Shown here: piece by piece, positions 1-13,391 of the stretch
Layout of the letters: the number at the start of each line of letters is the position of its first letter
Numbering within the stretch: the first letter of the stretch is position 1
From: Eledone cirrhosa
Lineage: Eukaryota
Assembly: GCA_964016885.1 (NCBI GenBank)
Contig: OZ024745.1
Coordinates: 118,606,001-118,670,000, forward strand
Length of the DNA: 64,000 nucleotides
Direction: 5' to 3'
The notes under the pieces: generated by a model
Told to the model about the DNA's origin: nothing
The model's database searches: none
What the model saw: the letters and a program-made list of their open reading frames with translations, nothing else
Translations under genes and position numbers: made by a program

Positions 1-97
1 GGTGGGCGGAGTCGTTTGAAACCTATGAACCAATGAAAATCGAGAATTATGACACACGGAATACTGACGTTCTTGAAATTAATAAATAGATAGGATT
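1..97 (-). mobile_element. Possible 5' end of a non-autonomous Helitron-like element, running off the window edge
   Basis: Minus strand begins A|TCCTATCTATTTATTAAT, a TC start typical of Helitron 5' ends, followed by CpG-containing sequence unlike the flank. The 3' end is outside the window. Confidence 0.3.
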
Positions 98-162
98 TGA
101 TAAATCACTGTATGAAATAAAATGTGTAACAATGTCAGGAGAGATGGCAAGTGTTGATGACA

Positions 163-537
163 CAGTTGTTCCTCAGTATTCACGGAGGTTACATTCCTAG
201 GTCACCCATAAAGAGTGAAAACCGCAAATATTGGACGTGGTCCATAAAAATGCCTATAAACGTCAAAATATAACATAAAATATAATTAAAAAAGGAGTGA
301 CTGTCTCATGCGAAGGCCATCCAATAGGCCAGCAAATACAGTATATTGTTATTAATAATTTAGTGTTAAAAAATATATATTGCCACGAAAAAAAGCCATT
401 AACAAATCACAGAAGATATTTATGATTCCGCAAATATGTGGTGGTTTCCACGAATAATTATTAGTTAGGTTCTAAGGAAAATTTCACAAATAACCGAGGC
501 CATGAATGTCAGGACAGGGAATGCTGGGGGTACACTG
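163..537. mobile_element. Tigger/pogo-type MITE, copy 1
   Basis: Imperfect TIRs CAGTTGTTCCTCAGTATTC and GAATGCTGGGGGTACACTG, then TA. Colinear second copy at 54886-55180. Confidence 0.75.
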
Positions 538-998
538 TATTTGGTTATTTTGCAACTTAAATTGCATCACAGTACCATTTTACAGCAAACAAACTATTAG
601 TCTAATGAGTTGTGTCATTAAAACAAACTACATTTTGGTGCTGGTTTTCGGAATTTTAAGTTATATTAAAAAATTTCTAAATATAATTTTTAAATTTTTA
701 TTGTTTAAAGGAATTTAAAACCAAATGAAAAAAATAAACAAATATGTTAGATGATCATCCCTCTCCCATTACTTGAACGGAAGAAAATATTTGACCGTTA
801 TTAAACAAAACGGAAATATCTCTCAACATTTGAATGTGTTTGCACTATTAACTAATGTAGTTATCACCAATTTCAGTTGTAGTGTTTATTTTGCTTCAAT
901 ACAAGGTCAACTTGTCATATTGATGTAACTGAGATACTGCTCCAAGTGTTACTTCATCTAACTTTGCAAGCTTGTCACATTGACCCTGCATTAGACAG

Positions 999-1190
999 GT
1001 GCTGGATTGCCAGTATCGGTAAAGGGTCGGACGCCATGTTTTGCAGCATAGAGTTATGGCCCTTTACGGTTTGAGTTCAAATCCCACCGAGGTTAACTTT
1101 GCCTTTCATCCTTACGGGGTTGATAAAATAAAGTACCAGTAATGCACTGGGATAATTGCTGGCCTTGTGCCTAACGTAGAAACAATTATT
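999..1190 (+). mobile_element. tRNA-derived Meta-domain SINE (family A)
   Basis: A-box-like TTGCCAGTATCGG, B box GAGTTCAAATCC, Meta-like core GCCTTTCATCCTTACGGGGTTGATAAAATAAAGTACCAG, ends AACAATTATT. About 20 copies in the window. Confidence 0.85.
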
Positions 1191-1464
1191 TACTGCCACA
1201 ATTAGACCGGTGAGAGGAAGCAGAATTTGAAATCAGAACACACCACAGTGCATCTCCTCCAACACAAACATCTCAGTCAATCCACCATCCGGAACTAGTA
1301 CTTTATTAATTTGCCCCCAAGAGGATAAAGGGCAAAGTGGATCTCTCCAACATTTGAACTTGCAGCGCAGAAAACTGCTACTAATACTGCAATATATTCT
1401 ATCTGACGCTCTAACAACTCTAGACTTCACTTGAGATAATATAGTCACTATTATTTGAAAGAAA

Positions 1465-1971
1465 GGGCAGTGGAATGACAGTATTGGTAGAGTGTCAGAC
1501 AACATGCTTTACATCATATAGTTACAGCCCTTTACGTTCTGAGTCCAAATCTCACCCTGGTTCATCATCTTTATCATCATTCTCATGTTACGTCCGCTTT
1601 TCCTTGCTTGCAAGGATGAAACGGGTCCTATTTAGCACAGCATCTCTCCCATTTGTCACAGTTCTACGTCATCTCCTCTGTGAGCTTCAGCGATCTGAGG
1701 TCAGCTCTCACCACCTCCGCCCATGTTTATCATGGTCTTCTGCTACTGCGTCTTCCTTCCACTGGGATTACTTGGCATTTCTTCACCCAGCGTCAACTTC
1801 TATGCACATCACATGGCCATACCAATGCAGTCTTCTCTCCTGCACACTGCAATTAATTTTGCCTTTCATCCTCATGGAGTTGATTAAATAAAGTACCGGT
1901 AATGAACTGGTGTGATTTAATCAACTTTCCCCTCCTCCAAAATTGCTAGCCTTGTGCGTAAATCAAAAATT
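1465..1971 (+). mobile_element. Family A SINE interrupted by an RTE fragment
   Basis: SINE head at 1465-1560 and body at 1852-1971. 15-bp TSD ATTATTTGAAAGAAA at 1450-1464 and 1972-1986. Confidence 0.8.
1562..1851 (-). mobile_element. RTE LINE 3' fragment (RTE family 1)
   Basis: Colinear with 49303-49862. Encodes the RTE C-terminus (RRLHWYGHV...) and ends in a (GAT)n tail. Confidence 0.85.
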
Positions 1972-2619
1972 ATTATTTGAAAGAAACTGTATAGCTAGAT
2001 ACGTAACTGCGTGTGCACATATTTTTATCATACAACACTTTCCAAGCAATTGAATCCATTTCTCATACAACATTGTGTAACTATTGCAATTTCTTTTCCT
2101 TGTAACCAATATTCTTTTACATATAGATCATACTTCAGCCAACATAAAAAAAGTAGCTAAAATGAATCATAACATAATAATCTCTGGCTGATTTTGCATA
2201 ATAATCCTTGTTAAAAACAAATTTAGGCTTGCTAGCTTCAGTAGTTTGGCAAGACAACAAATAAACAGAACGAAGACAGAGACATATAGACTTTGGTGGT
2301 CAAATATGTTGATATAATGTGGGATGCCAGTTAATGATAAAAACAGTGAAGAATGAATTCTTCCACAAACGACTTGCATATTTACAAAAATGATCTTGTT
2401 CATTGTAAACATAAGAAAAAGTGATTATAAAATCAAATTAAAAAGAATGTAACAGAAATATGATCTGAAGAATTAAGATCATTTATTTGGAAGTCTTGAC
2501 TTGTAACTTAATATTTCTAAATTAAACAGTAAAAGGAGTGTTTCTTCTCTTCCCTTTCCTCTATGTCAACATCACAGATTAAATGTGTTTTGCCCCCAAC
2601 ACCATCCCAAAATAGAGTG

Positions 2620-2718
2620 AATGTGTGCAGGCGTGCGTGTGTCCAGGCATGTGTGTGCAGGCGTATATGTGTGTGTGCAGGCGCATGTGTGCAGGCGTAT
2701 GTGTGCAGGTGTGTGTGC

Positions 2719-2760
<42 letters not shown>

Positions 2761-2842
2761 GTGTGTGTGTGCAGATGTGTGTGTGTGTGTGTGTGCAGGT
2801 GTGTGTGTGTGTGTGTGTGCAGGTGTGTGTGTGTGTGTGTGC

Positions 2843-2878
<36 letters not shown>

Positions 2879-2904
2879 GTGTGTGTGTGCAGGTGTGTGT
2901 GTGC

Positions 2905-2966
<62 letters not shown>

Positions 2967-3005
2967 GCAGGCATGTGTGTGTGTGTCCAGGTGTGTGTAT
3001 GTGTG
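2620..3005. repeat. (GT)n microsatellite punctuated by GCAG
   Basis: Direct reading of the sequence. Confidence 0.95.
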
Positions 3006-3243
3006 AAACACCGACACAGTTTCAGTGTATGAGAATGTCAAAAGTACATACACCAGTTTGAGTACATATCTAAGTTTGTGGATGTGTTAGAAATACTTCA
3101 GGGGTTTTGTTAGTGAATAAGTTTCTTCTGTGTGTGTGTGCATGTGTTTCATACAAACATACATACAACAGATTGAGCGAGTGTGTGTATGTGTAGAGAT
3201 GCTCATGTGTGTGAGGGAATGTGCCTGTAAACATACATGCAAC

Positions 3244-3253
3244 AGAGAGAGAG

Positions 3254-3345
<92 letters not shown>
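3244..3345. repeat. (GA)n(GT)n compound microsatellite
   Basis: Direct reading of the sequence. Confidence 0.95.
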
Positions 3346-3348
<3 letters not shown>

Positions 3349-3420
3349 ACATACAATCTTTATAAAGTTACATAACAGATGAATGTATCAAACCTCTATA
3401 ATGTCAAGGTGAAATAACAA

Positions 3421-3650
3421 AAATAATTGTTTCTACTTTTGGCACAAGGCCAGCAATTATCCTAGTGTATTACTGGTACTTTATTTTATCGACTCTGTAA
3501 TAATTGTTTCTACTTTTGGCACAAGGCCAGCAATTATGACAGTGCATTACTGGTACTTTATTTTATCAACCCTGTAAGAATTGTTTCTACTTTGGCACAA
3601 GGCCAGCAATTATATCAGTGCATTACTGGTACTTTATTTTATCAACCCCA
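3421..3650 (-). mobile_element. Family A SINE 3' half, tandemly triplicated (about 77-bp unit)
   Basis: AATTGTTTCTACTTTTGGCACAAGGCCAGCAATTAT...TACTGGTACTTTATTTTATC occurs three times in tandem. Confidence 0.85.
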
Positions 3651-3989
3651 ATATTGCAGTATTAGCTCATGAAAAGCAGTGAATTGGCAGAGTTGTTAAA
3701 ACATCAAATAGAATATTTTGTAGCATTTGTTTCTGCTCTCTGAGTTCAAATCTCAGAGGTCAACTTTGAACTCAGAACGTAAAGGGCCATAATTCTGTGC
3801 TGCAAAGCAGGGTGTCCGACGCTCTACCGATTCTGCCAATATCCTCTGAAACACCACCACAGCCTATAGTGGAAATGGGGAAAGTCACCCTCATTAGCCT
3901 TATAGTGGAACCCAACTTTATTGGCGGAGCAACATAAGGCAGCAATTTCATAGTGTTGTTGTTACAGTCATGAGATGTGTTACTCTGTG

Positions 3990-4250
3990 TATTATTTACC
4001 ACTTGAGAAGGATCAAACGCAGTGTGTAGGAGCGGAGATTGCATTGGTATGGACATGTGATGCATTTGAAAAATGACAGTAGTATAAAAAGGTACAGGGC
4101 ATGCAAAGTTGATAGAAGCTATGGCATAGGAAGACCTAAGAAGACTTGGGATGAGGTGATAAAAGCAGACCTTGGACAACAACACCTCTCAAAGGCAATG
4201 ACACAAGACTGAGATCTCTGGCATTATACAGTAATACAGAAGACCCGCTT
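3990..4250 (+). mobile_element. Degenerate RTE LINE 3' fragment
   Basis: Encodes RRLHWYGHV...GRPKKTWDEVIKADL. Confidence 0.7.
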
Positions 4251-4419
4251 CCCACATGCACATCTAGTAGGCACTACTTTCCCTTACCTCCCTCTCCCCC
4301 TTCTATACACCTCCCACACACCCTAACATTCCACCCATGTCCTAACACCCCGCTCTTCATCCACAACCCCCACTAGATTTATCTCTCCAATCCATATGAC
4401 CTCCCCCACCCCAACCCCC

Positions 4420-4595
4420 TGTCCACACTGTAAAGTGGTTGGTTATGAAGGGCATCCAGCTGTAGAAACCAAGCCAAAATCAGTTCCGTATGAGCAAGAC
4501 AGGGTCACCTGATCTGGCTTGTATCACAACAGGACAGCTCGTCTAACCCATGCTAGCATAGAAAAATGGACGTTAAATGGTAATAATGATGATGG
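4420..4595 (+). mobile_element. RTE-tailed SINE (family B), partial
   Basis: CACACTGTAAAGTGGTTGG...GGCATCCAGCTGTAGAAACC...AACCCATGCTAGCAT.GAAAAATGGACGTTAAATG plus a (GAT)n tail. More than 12 copies in the window. Confidence 0.8.
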
Positions 4596-4800
4596 TGGAC
4601 ACAGTTACATCTGAAACATGACACTTAGCTTTTAAAAACAGAGTCTACCTAGTTTAAAGCAAGAACTGTAACTCCCTGCAGTAAACAGTAACAGTAGCAG
4701 AACTAACACCACTCTGAGAGCAATTTCTAAAGAAAAACTTGTCTAGAATAGACTAGCCTACTATCCAGGAGAATATTTATCTAATGTAGAGAAACTATAT

Positions 4801-5020
4801 TTAACATTTAAACCGGCCATATGTGACCAGAATTCTTTCTCTCCTTTCTGTTCAAACCTGTCATAACCAGCTGCTCATACTGATGTTAAGATATTGTTCT
4901 CAAAATAAATAATATCAAAATCTCATAGATTCGATATTATGTAAGATAATTATGTGAGATAAAGCCTTTTCTGCGAAAATACAAAGGTGTATATATATAA
5001 AGTAAATGGTAAAGGGTTAA
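4801..5020. mobile_element. piggyBac-type (TTAA) MITE, about 220 bp
   Basis: Family consensus ends are TTAA|CCCTTTAGCATTTA and TAAATGCTAAAGGG|TTAA. Interior shared with about 12 other copies. Confidence 0.75.
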
Positions 5021-6156
5021 ACAACAGGTTTGTAGCTGTAGCTGGAAGCAATATTTGTAGCAGTATTTGAAGCTCTCTCACTCATCTATCTTGCTCTATA
5101 TACAGAGTATTACTGAAGAATTTCACCATCTTCCATTCCTAAGACATGTTTAGTAAGTTTCTGAAAAGACCAAAGACAACTTTCAATTATGTAGCATATT
5201 GTTTTCTAATTAATTGTGGCAGCTGTTGTGCTGTTGAAAAGCTTCACATAGTGTACTGTGGCATCCACTGTAGGGGTATCTCTCTATATTTTTCTCTCTT
5301 TCTTCATACCTTTCTTCTTTCCTATCTTCCTATTTTTTGCTGTTCATTTTTTTGACTGAAAATCTTTCATTTCATTCCAATATTGTGTTTCTTTCTTCTT
5401 TTAGCTTTTCTTTGTATGCAAAGATATCATTATATGCTAACTAATCACTTTACCACTCTCTGCTTATCTCTCTCACTGACACCATTTCTTTCTCTCTACA
5501 TTTCTCTCCCTTTTTTCAGACTCAAAGTTTAATCTATCTATCTATCTATTTATCTATCTATTTATCTATCTATCTGTCTATCTGTGCCTGCCTATTGCAC
5601 CAGTAAAATTAGGAACAAATTTGTTTACACACTCACACACATATCACCAGCAAAAACATATATTTCTGCTTATACATATAAACATACATTAGATAAGTAT
5701 GTATATATTACAAACATTTTAACACTCATACCCACCTACCATATATATACATATATCATCAGTTATATATACATATACCATACATATATAAATATATACA
5801 TATACCATACATACAACATACACATCAACATACACACACACACAGTATAAGGTTAATTACAAACACTGGTTCACACACATGCAGATATGTAATAAGTAAT
5901 AAATATTACAACAATACTTATGCACTGGTTTTATTTAGAAATTTACTAACAGTACATATGTACTGTTACACAACTACAGCTGCAACTACTGCCAGCAGAA
6001 ATACTGGTTTACAAGTGCTATTTTTATAACACTACACTAACGTTGCAATGTTTTAAAACTTCAAAATTTTTCCTTGCTACAGATCAGCTTAAGCAGAATC
6101 AAGCAGCCCACTCAACTTACTGAACAAGTCTTGGAATATATCTATACATATATACA

Positions 6157-6410
6157 TCATCATCATCATCATCATCATCATTTTACATCAACTTTCTATG
6201 CTGGCATGGGTTGGACGAATTATTACGATCTCAGTCAGTAATTATTTGGAGTTACTGCCTTCCTACACAGGTTAGGGATCCATATCTCGTTAGTAAATTC
6301 CAATTTTTGGCATAGTTTCTACAGCTGGATACCCTTCCTAATACTAACTACTTTACAGAGTGTGCTGGGTGTGTTTTATCATGATGCCAACACTAGAGAG
6401 GTTATCAAGT
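6157..6410 (-). mobile_element. Family B SINE
   Basis: (CAT)n tail and GGATACCCTTCCTAATACTAACTACTTTACAGAGTGTGCTGGGTG. Confidence 0.7.
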
Positions 6411-7049
6411 CCTCAATACACAGAAAGATTACACTTCTCTCTATGCCATGTCTGTTGTTGAGAGGGTGGTTAGAGGAAAGAGTGGAGAGTGATGGCCAAG
6501 TGTTGAAAGAGGACCTGGTATGATGTGAATGTAAAAGGGGAAACTAAGTTATAGAATAGCAGGGAAGGGAAGGTGACAGTGGTAGCTACATGCTGGGAGT
6601 TGGTAGAAGGAAGACTTGAAAACACCAGGAACAATGTGCCAAGATAGCAATATTGAGATGTCAGGACAAGAGAGAATGAGTGAGATGTCAATTAAGAATT
6701 TAGTGGAAGGAGTGAGAAAACTACAAAAGTAGAAGTATTTCAAAGTTACAAATATCCACAACACACAAACAGGTTGCTACAAGTCCACTGTTAATATGTT
6801 GCTCCAAAGAAAATCTGTGTCTAGAGAAAACGGTATATATTAGGTTTTATAATGACAAACACTTGCACAACACAAGAGCCACTTTCTAAATATCTGAATC
6901 TGTTAAAAAGCAATAAGCAAAAATACGAAAAAATGGCTAGAGATTACAAACGCATCAGGTTTCAAGAATATATCCTTTTGCCATGTATTTGCAAAACATT
7001 GTTGTTGTGACGCTAAACATCCCCCAGTTGCAGACTATGTAGCGACATC

Positions 7050-7400
7050 TGATATCTCTCTCCAGAAAGTTCGATCACCAGTAACAGAGTTCAAAAAGCA
7101 CAGATCAAGTCCAGTCCATAAGTTGACATTATCAAGCCATTGTTTTGGCTGCCGACCTCTACTTCTCTTACCAGCCAACCTTCCTTCACACCACGAGTTG
7201 ATCTTTTTATGTGACCGTATAGTTTGAGTACTCTTGACTTGACAATTGATGTAATTGGTCTAAGTTTGGTAATGTTGAGCAGCTCACTGATACAGATATG
7301 GTCGCTGAGCCGCTTGCCAGTCATAAGTCTCATGATGTGGTTCTGGAATATATGTTTATATAAGTACAGGCACATTATTGGATGGCTGTTGACTCACATG
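7050..7400 (-). mobile_element. Old RTE-clade LINE C-terminal coding fragment
   Basis: ORF 7091-7375 reads FQNHIMRLMTGKRLSDHI...IVKSRVLKLYGHIKR, followed by a frameshifted GRP-W-DN-like stretch. Typical of the RTE region after the RT domain. Confidence 0.65.
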
Positions 7401-7589
7401 AGACTATATGCCCTTTGAAGAGCTTTATTTTTTATCCTGCAAGGTACCTAAAAATCAACCACTTCACCAAGCAAGCTTAGTGGGTTACCAGGTTAGTTCC
7501 TGTTGATCTGACCATCAAACAGGTTGTAGTGAGTTTCAAGTTACCAGTAGTGCTCAAGAGCAACCTGACATACATATATCTATATATGA

Positions 7590-7860
7590 ACCCGTAACTC
7601 CTGATAGAGTCGTAAGAGTATCTTAGTGTTATACAGCATATCTTGGGCACTTTTGAACCTGGAAGGGGCCATCCCATCTCCAGCAATGAAGACAGCCGAT
7701 TACTTGCAAAAAAGGAGAAAGAGAGTGATATAGAAACATTGAGAAAGAGAGGAAGAACTAACTCAATATTGAAATGCTACTTTTTTTTTTATTGACCTCA
7801 AAAGAATGGAAGGCAAAGTTGACCTTGGCAGGTTTTGAAATCAGAATGAAAGGAAGCAGA
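7590..7860 (-). mobile_element. Meta-domain SINE with long 3' tail (family A2), degenerate
   Basis: GGCAAAGTTGACCTTGGCAGG core plus a tail related to 31978-32280, 35375-35597 and 61665-61935. Confidence 0.55.
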
Positions 7861-7905
7861 ATATTAAATATATATATATTAAATATATAGAATATTAAAT
7901 ATATA

Positions 7906-8126
7906 TTTAGCATTTACATTACTCTATATTTACAATTGTATTTTCACGGTAAAAGCTTTACCTCACATAATATCTCACATAATATTGAATCTATGAGATT
8001 TTGATGTTATTTATTTTGAGAACAATACCTTAACATCAGTATGAGCAGCCAGTTACTGTTGGTTTGAACAGAAAGAGGTGAGAGAATTCTGGCCGGATAT
8101 GGCCGGTTTAAATGCTAAAGGGTTAA
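7906..8126. mobile_element. piggyBac-type MITE
   Basis: Family interior, right end AAATGCTAAAGGGTTAA. Confidence 0.85.
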
Positions 8127-8284
8127 ATACAGTGAAGGCCATATGCTGTTGTGTGTCAGTTTATTCATATATCCATGATATATATTTTGCTTGGGTTGAC
8201 AACTACGAGGTGCTATTCATACCCAATCATCATCATTTTATGCCTGCTTTTCTATGACTGCATGGGTTGAAGATATGTATATAA

Positions 8285-8318
<34 letters not shown>

Positions 8319-8379
8319 CTCTCTATATATACATACATATATACACAGAGAAACATTCACCCACCAGTCAAGTGGTAGT

Positions 8380-8820
8380 GATGATACCACAAGAAAATTA
8401 ACCAAGTACACGCTGTGAAGTGGCTGGCATTAGGAAGATAGAAACCATTCCAAAATAGAATTTATGAACAAAACAGTCATCTGCCCTAGCCTCAGATCAT
8501 AACAATCCATCCAACCTATGCAAGCATGGAAAATAGTGGTGATGATTATCAATCATCATCATTATTGTTTATTGTCCACTTTCCCTGCTAGCAAGGGTTG
8601 GACAGGTCTACATAGACCAAGTCAGTACTGAAGCAGGGTTACTGGCCTCCCAGACAGGCTGAGGGGTCTACATCTTGCTTAAATACAGACATACATTCTG
8701 TCGAGGGCCGAGGAGAAGTTGTAATCATGTCTTTTGACACAAACTGAAGGGTCATCCCAACCTTTTGTTAAGCAAACTTTCTACAGCAGGATGCCCTTCC
8801 TAACACTAACCACTTTACAT
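8380..8820. mobile_element. Two degenerate family B SINEs, tail to tail
   Basis: Plus copy at 8380-8545 and minus copy at 8555-8820, meeting at their (GAT)/(CAT) tails. Confidence 0.55.
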
Positions 8821-8958
8821 ATATGTGGGTTTGTGTGTAGAAACTGCTGAAGCCTGCCAGATGGATTATAACATGTTATGTATGTATATGTATCTGTGTA
8901 TGTATGTCTGTTATGTGTGTATATGTATCTGTGTATGTATGTATGTTATGTATGTATG

Positions 8959-9551
8959 TCAGGTCACCAGTTGGTGCTACTGGTAACATGTATCCCAGTA
9001 CAACCTGTCTCATGGTCTAAACAGGCAACCCCACCAAGGTTTCTTGGTGAGGAGGGTGACTTTGGACATCCTGCAGGACTAAAAACAAAACCTGTCAAAG
9101 GGCAAAGGAGCTCTTAAGAGTCAATGGCCATCCAAAATCACCGGGAGAGATGACCCCTTAGCCTTTGTCAAGGCAGAATTCTAGGAGAAGGAAAACTCTG
9201 ATATAACACCTGCAACCCTGATGGTATCCAATGATGTTGACTTGTTCTTCTTTTTGGTAAATATCATCTTGGTTAAGAGAGTGGGACTGGCTTTGTGCAG
9301 TGCCTTTGCTCACTATAAAAGCTTCACGGCACAGGCATTGCTTTATATCTGGAGATCTCTCTGCACTTGTCGTCACATGGTACCATGGGCCCAGCACTAC
9401 GTGTCTATAATTGTCACAAGCGTAGTGTTTGTACCAGAGTTTTCAAGTCGCTGGCTGGACTAAAAAGTCACACTCGTTCAGCGCATCGGTAGGAGTTCTC
9501 CTACATGGATATAAAGTAGTGGCCGTACTCGAAAACGAGTTGGCAGTCACC
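8959..9551 (+). mobile_element. Bipartite non-autonomous RTE derivative (5' UTR fused to 3' end)
   Basis: Left part has the RTE 5'-UTR-like motif CTAGGAGAAGGAAAACTCTGA. Right part encodes SVCTRVFKSLAGLKSHTRSAHR*, the terminal zinc-finger-like motif of RTE ORFs, then a short UTR and an (ATGT)n tail. Confidence 0.6.
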
Positions 9552-9780
9552 ATGTATGTATGTATGTCTGTCTGTCTGTATGTTTGTAATGTATATTATG
9601 TATGTCTTATGTTATGTATGTATATATGTATGTATGTCGGTTATATATGTATGTTATGTTATGTTTGTGTATGTATGTTATGTATGTTTATATATCTGTT
9701 ATGTATGTATGTCTGTTACGTATGTATGTCTGTCTGTTATGTATGTATGTGTGTTATGTATGTATGTGTGTTATGTATGT
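9552..9780. repeat. Degenerate (ATGT)n microsatellite (also at 8875-8958)
   Basis: Direct reading of the sequence. Confidence 0.9.
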
Positions 9781-10105
9781 CTTACCTCCCTTGTCTCACA
9801 AAAACTATCTCAAATATAACAAAACCGAAATACAACAAACATTTCAATTTATTTATCTTCTGTTTTCTAAATATTTGATTGATTTATTTACACTAACCTG
9901 TTTAGTGTTGGTGTTGTTGTTGTGGTGGTAGTGGAGGTGGTGGTGGTATTGGTGGTTGTATGTGTGTGTACATGTATGTCTATGTGTGTGCATGCATGTG
10001 TGTGTGTGCATGTATGTATGTGTGTGTATATATCTATACGTATGTGTGTATGTTTTAGGAGTATTTCTTCCGAGTAGGAAACTGTTTTAACAGCTGAACA
10101 GAGGA

Positions 10106-11190
10106 TCAGATATTAAGACCGTCTGGTGGTGTGGGGTGGTGTACAACAGATATTAAGACAGGTTGGTGGTGTGGTGTGGTGTGGGGTACAGCAGATATTA
10201 AGACAGGTTGGTGGTGTGGTGTGGTGTGGGGTACAGCAGATATTAAGACAGTCTGGTGGTGTGGTGTACAACAGATATTAAGACAGTCTGGTGGTGTGGT
10301 GTGGTGTGGTGTGGTGTGGTGTGGTGTACAACAGATATTAAGACAGTCTGGTGGTGTGGTGTGGTGTGGTGTGGTGTGGTGTACAACAGATATTAAGACA
10401 GTCTGGTGGTGTAGTGTGGTGTACAACAGATATTAAGACAGTCTGGTGGTGTGGTGTGGTGTACAACAGATATTAAGACAGTCTGGTGGTGTGGTGTACA
10501 ACAGATATTAAGACAGTCTGGTGGTGTAGTGTGGTGTACAACAGATATTAAGACAGTCTGGTGGTGTGGTGTGGTGTACAACAGATATTAAGACAGTCTG
10601 GTGGTGTGGTGTACAACAAATATTAAGACAGTCTGGTGGTGTGGTGTACAACAAATATTAAGACAGTCTGGTGGTGTGGTGTACAACAGATATTAAGACA
10701 GTCTGGTGGTGTGGTGTGGTGTACAACAGATATTAAGACAGTCTGGTGGTGTGGTGTGGTGTACAACAAATATTAAGACAGTCTGGTGGTGTGGTGTACA
10801 ACAAATATTAAGACAGTCTGGTGGTGTGGTGTACAACAAATATTAAGACAGGCTGGAGGTGTGGTGTACAACAGATATTAAGACAGTCTGGTGGTGTGGT
10901 GTGGTGTACAACAGATATTAAGACAGTCTGGTGGTGTAGTGTGGTGTACAACAGATATTAAGACAGTCTGGTGGTGTGGTGTGGTGTACAACAAATATTA
11001 AGACAGTCTGGTGGTGTGGTGTACAACAAATATTAAGACAGTCTGGTGGTGTGGTGTACAACAGATATTAAGACAGTCTGGTGGTGTGGTGTGGTGTGGT
11101 GTGGTGTACAACAGATATTAAGACAGTCTGGTGGTGTAGTGTGGTGTACAACAGATATTAAGACAGTCTGGTGGTGTGGTGTACAACAAA
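10106..11190. repeat. Minisatellite: 30-bp core GTACAACAGATATTAAGACAGTCTGGTGGT plus (GTGGT)n, 27 units of 35-60 bp
   Basis: TATTAAGAC counted 27 times. All spacings are multiples of 5. Confidence 0.95.
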
Positions 11191-11194
11191 TAAT

Positions 11195-11410
11195 GGTTTC
11201 TTATATAGGCACAAGGCCAACTATTTTGGAGGAAGGGGAAAGTCGATTAAATTGACACCAGTACATTACTGGTACTTTATTGTATCGACCCCGTAAGGAT
11301 GAAAGGCAAAATTAACCTCGGCGGGATTTGAACTCAGAATGTAAAGGGCTGTAACTCTATACTTCAAAGCATGGCATCCGACTCTCTACCGATACTGGCA
11401 ATCCACCGGT
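11195..11410 (-). mobile_element. Family A SINE, full length
   Basis: TSD GTACAACAAATAAT at 11181-11194 and 11414-11427. Confidence 0.9.
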
Positions 11411-11489
11411 CTGGTACAACAAATAATACTATGTAATGGTGTATAGATATATCATATCAGCACTAGAGTAGATGGAGGAGGAGGGTCAT

Positions 11490-12234
<745 letters not shown>

Positions 12235-12283
12235 AAGGTAGAAAAACAAATTAGAATAAAATAAAATCCCAAAATAATGAGAA

Positions 12284-12418
12284 GTGGTGGTGGTGGTAGT
12301 GATGGTAGTAATGATCGTGGTGGTGGTGTTGTTGTTGTTGTTGGTGGTGGTGGTTGTGGTGGCGGTGGCAGTGGTGGTGGTGGTGGTGATGGTGGTGGTG
12401 GTGGTGGTGTTGTTGTTG

Positions 12419-12450
<32 letters not shown>

Positions 12451-12700
12451 GGTGGTGGTGATGGAGGTGATGGTAGTAGTAATGATCGTGGTGGTGGTGG
12501 TGGTGGTGGTGGTGATGATGGTAGTGATTGAGGTGATAGTGGTTGTGGTGGTGTTGATGGTGCTGATGATGGTGGTGGTAGTGATGATCGTGGTGGTGGT
12601 GGTGTTGGTGGTGATGGTGATGATGGTAGTGATTGAGGTGACAGTGGTTGTGGTTGTGGTGGTGGTGGTGGTGGTGGTGGTGGTGGTAGTAGTGGTGATG
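12284..12700. repeat. (GGT/GTT/GAT)n compound trinucleotide repeat
   Basis: Direct reading of the sequence. Confidence 0.95.
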
Positions 12701-12944
12701 ATAGCAGCAAGAGTCAGAGATGAAGTAGATAATATATTATAGATCTTATAACCCATTCACAGAAATAATACACATTCCAGCACAACTGAGACCAGTTATG
12801 TATTACAACAACAATAACAACATCAACATCAAAAACAACAAGCTAATGAGATTTCCTATTACTAGTTTTTTGACCTTCTTCAATATAGAGGTACATTAGT
12901 GCTTCTCAGTGGTTCCAAGTTGTTAGTACATTATTTACCATTTA

Positions 12945-13365
12945 TCAGTGGATTGGCAGAGCTGGTAGAGCGTCGGACACCATGCTTTGCGGCATAGAAT
13001 TACGTCCCTTTACGTTCCGAGTTCAAATCCAACTGAGGTTAGCTTTGCCTTTCATCCTTACGAGATCAATAAAATAAAGTACCAGTAATACACTGGATCA
13101 ATTTAATCGACTTTCCCCTCTCCCAAAATGGCTGGTCTTGCGCCCAAAGTAGAAATCATTATTTACCATTAAGGCAGTGGGTTGGCAGTATCGGTAGAGC
13201 ATCAGACACCATGCTTTGCAGCATGGAGTTGTGACCCTTTGCGTTTTGAGTTCAAATCCCACCAAAGTTAACTTTACCTTTCATCCTTACGGGGTTGATA
13301 TAATAAAGTACCAGTAATGCAGTGGGGTAATTGCTGGCCTTGTGCCAAAAGTAGAAACAATTATT
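12945..13365 (+). mobile_element. Two family A SINEs in tandem at one target site
   Basis: ATTATTTACCATT occurs before (12930-12942), between (13158-13170) and after (13360-13372) the two copies. Confidence 0.9.
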
Positions 13366-13391
13366 TACCATTAATCAAATTATCTCTTATT

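Noticed and set aside
10106-11190. CRISPR array
   Set aside because: Spacers are (GTGGT)n rather than unique sequence, there are no cas genes, and the context is eukaryotic.
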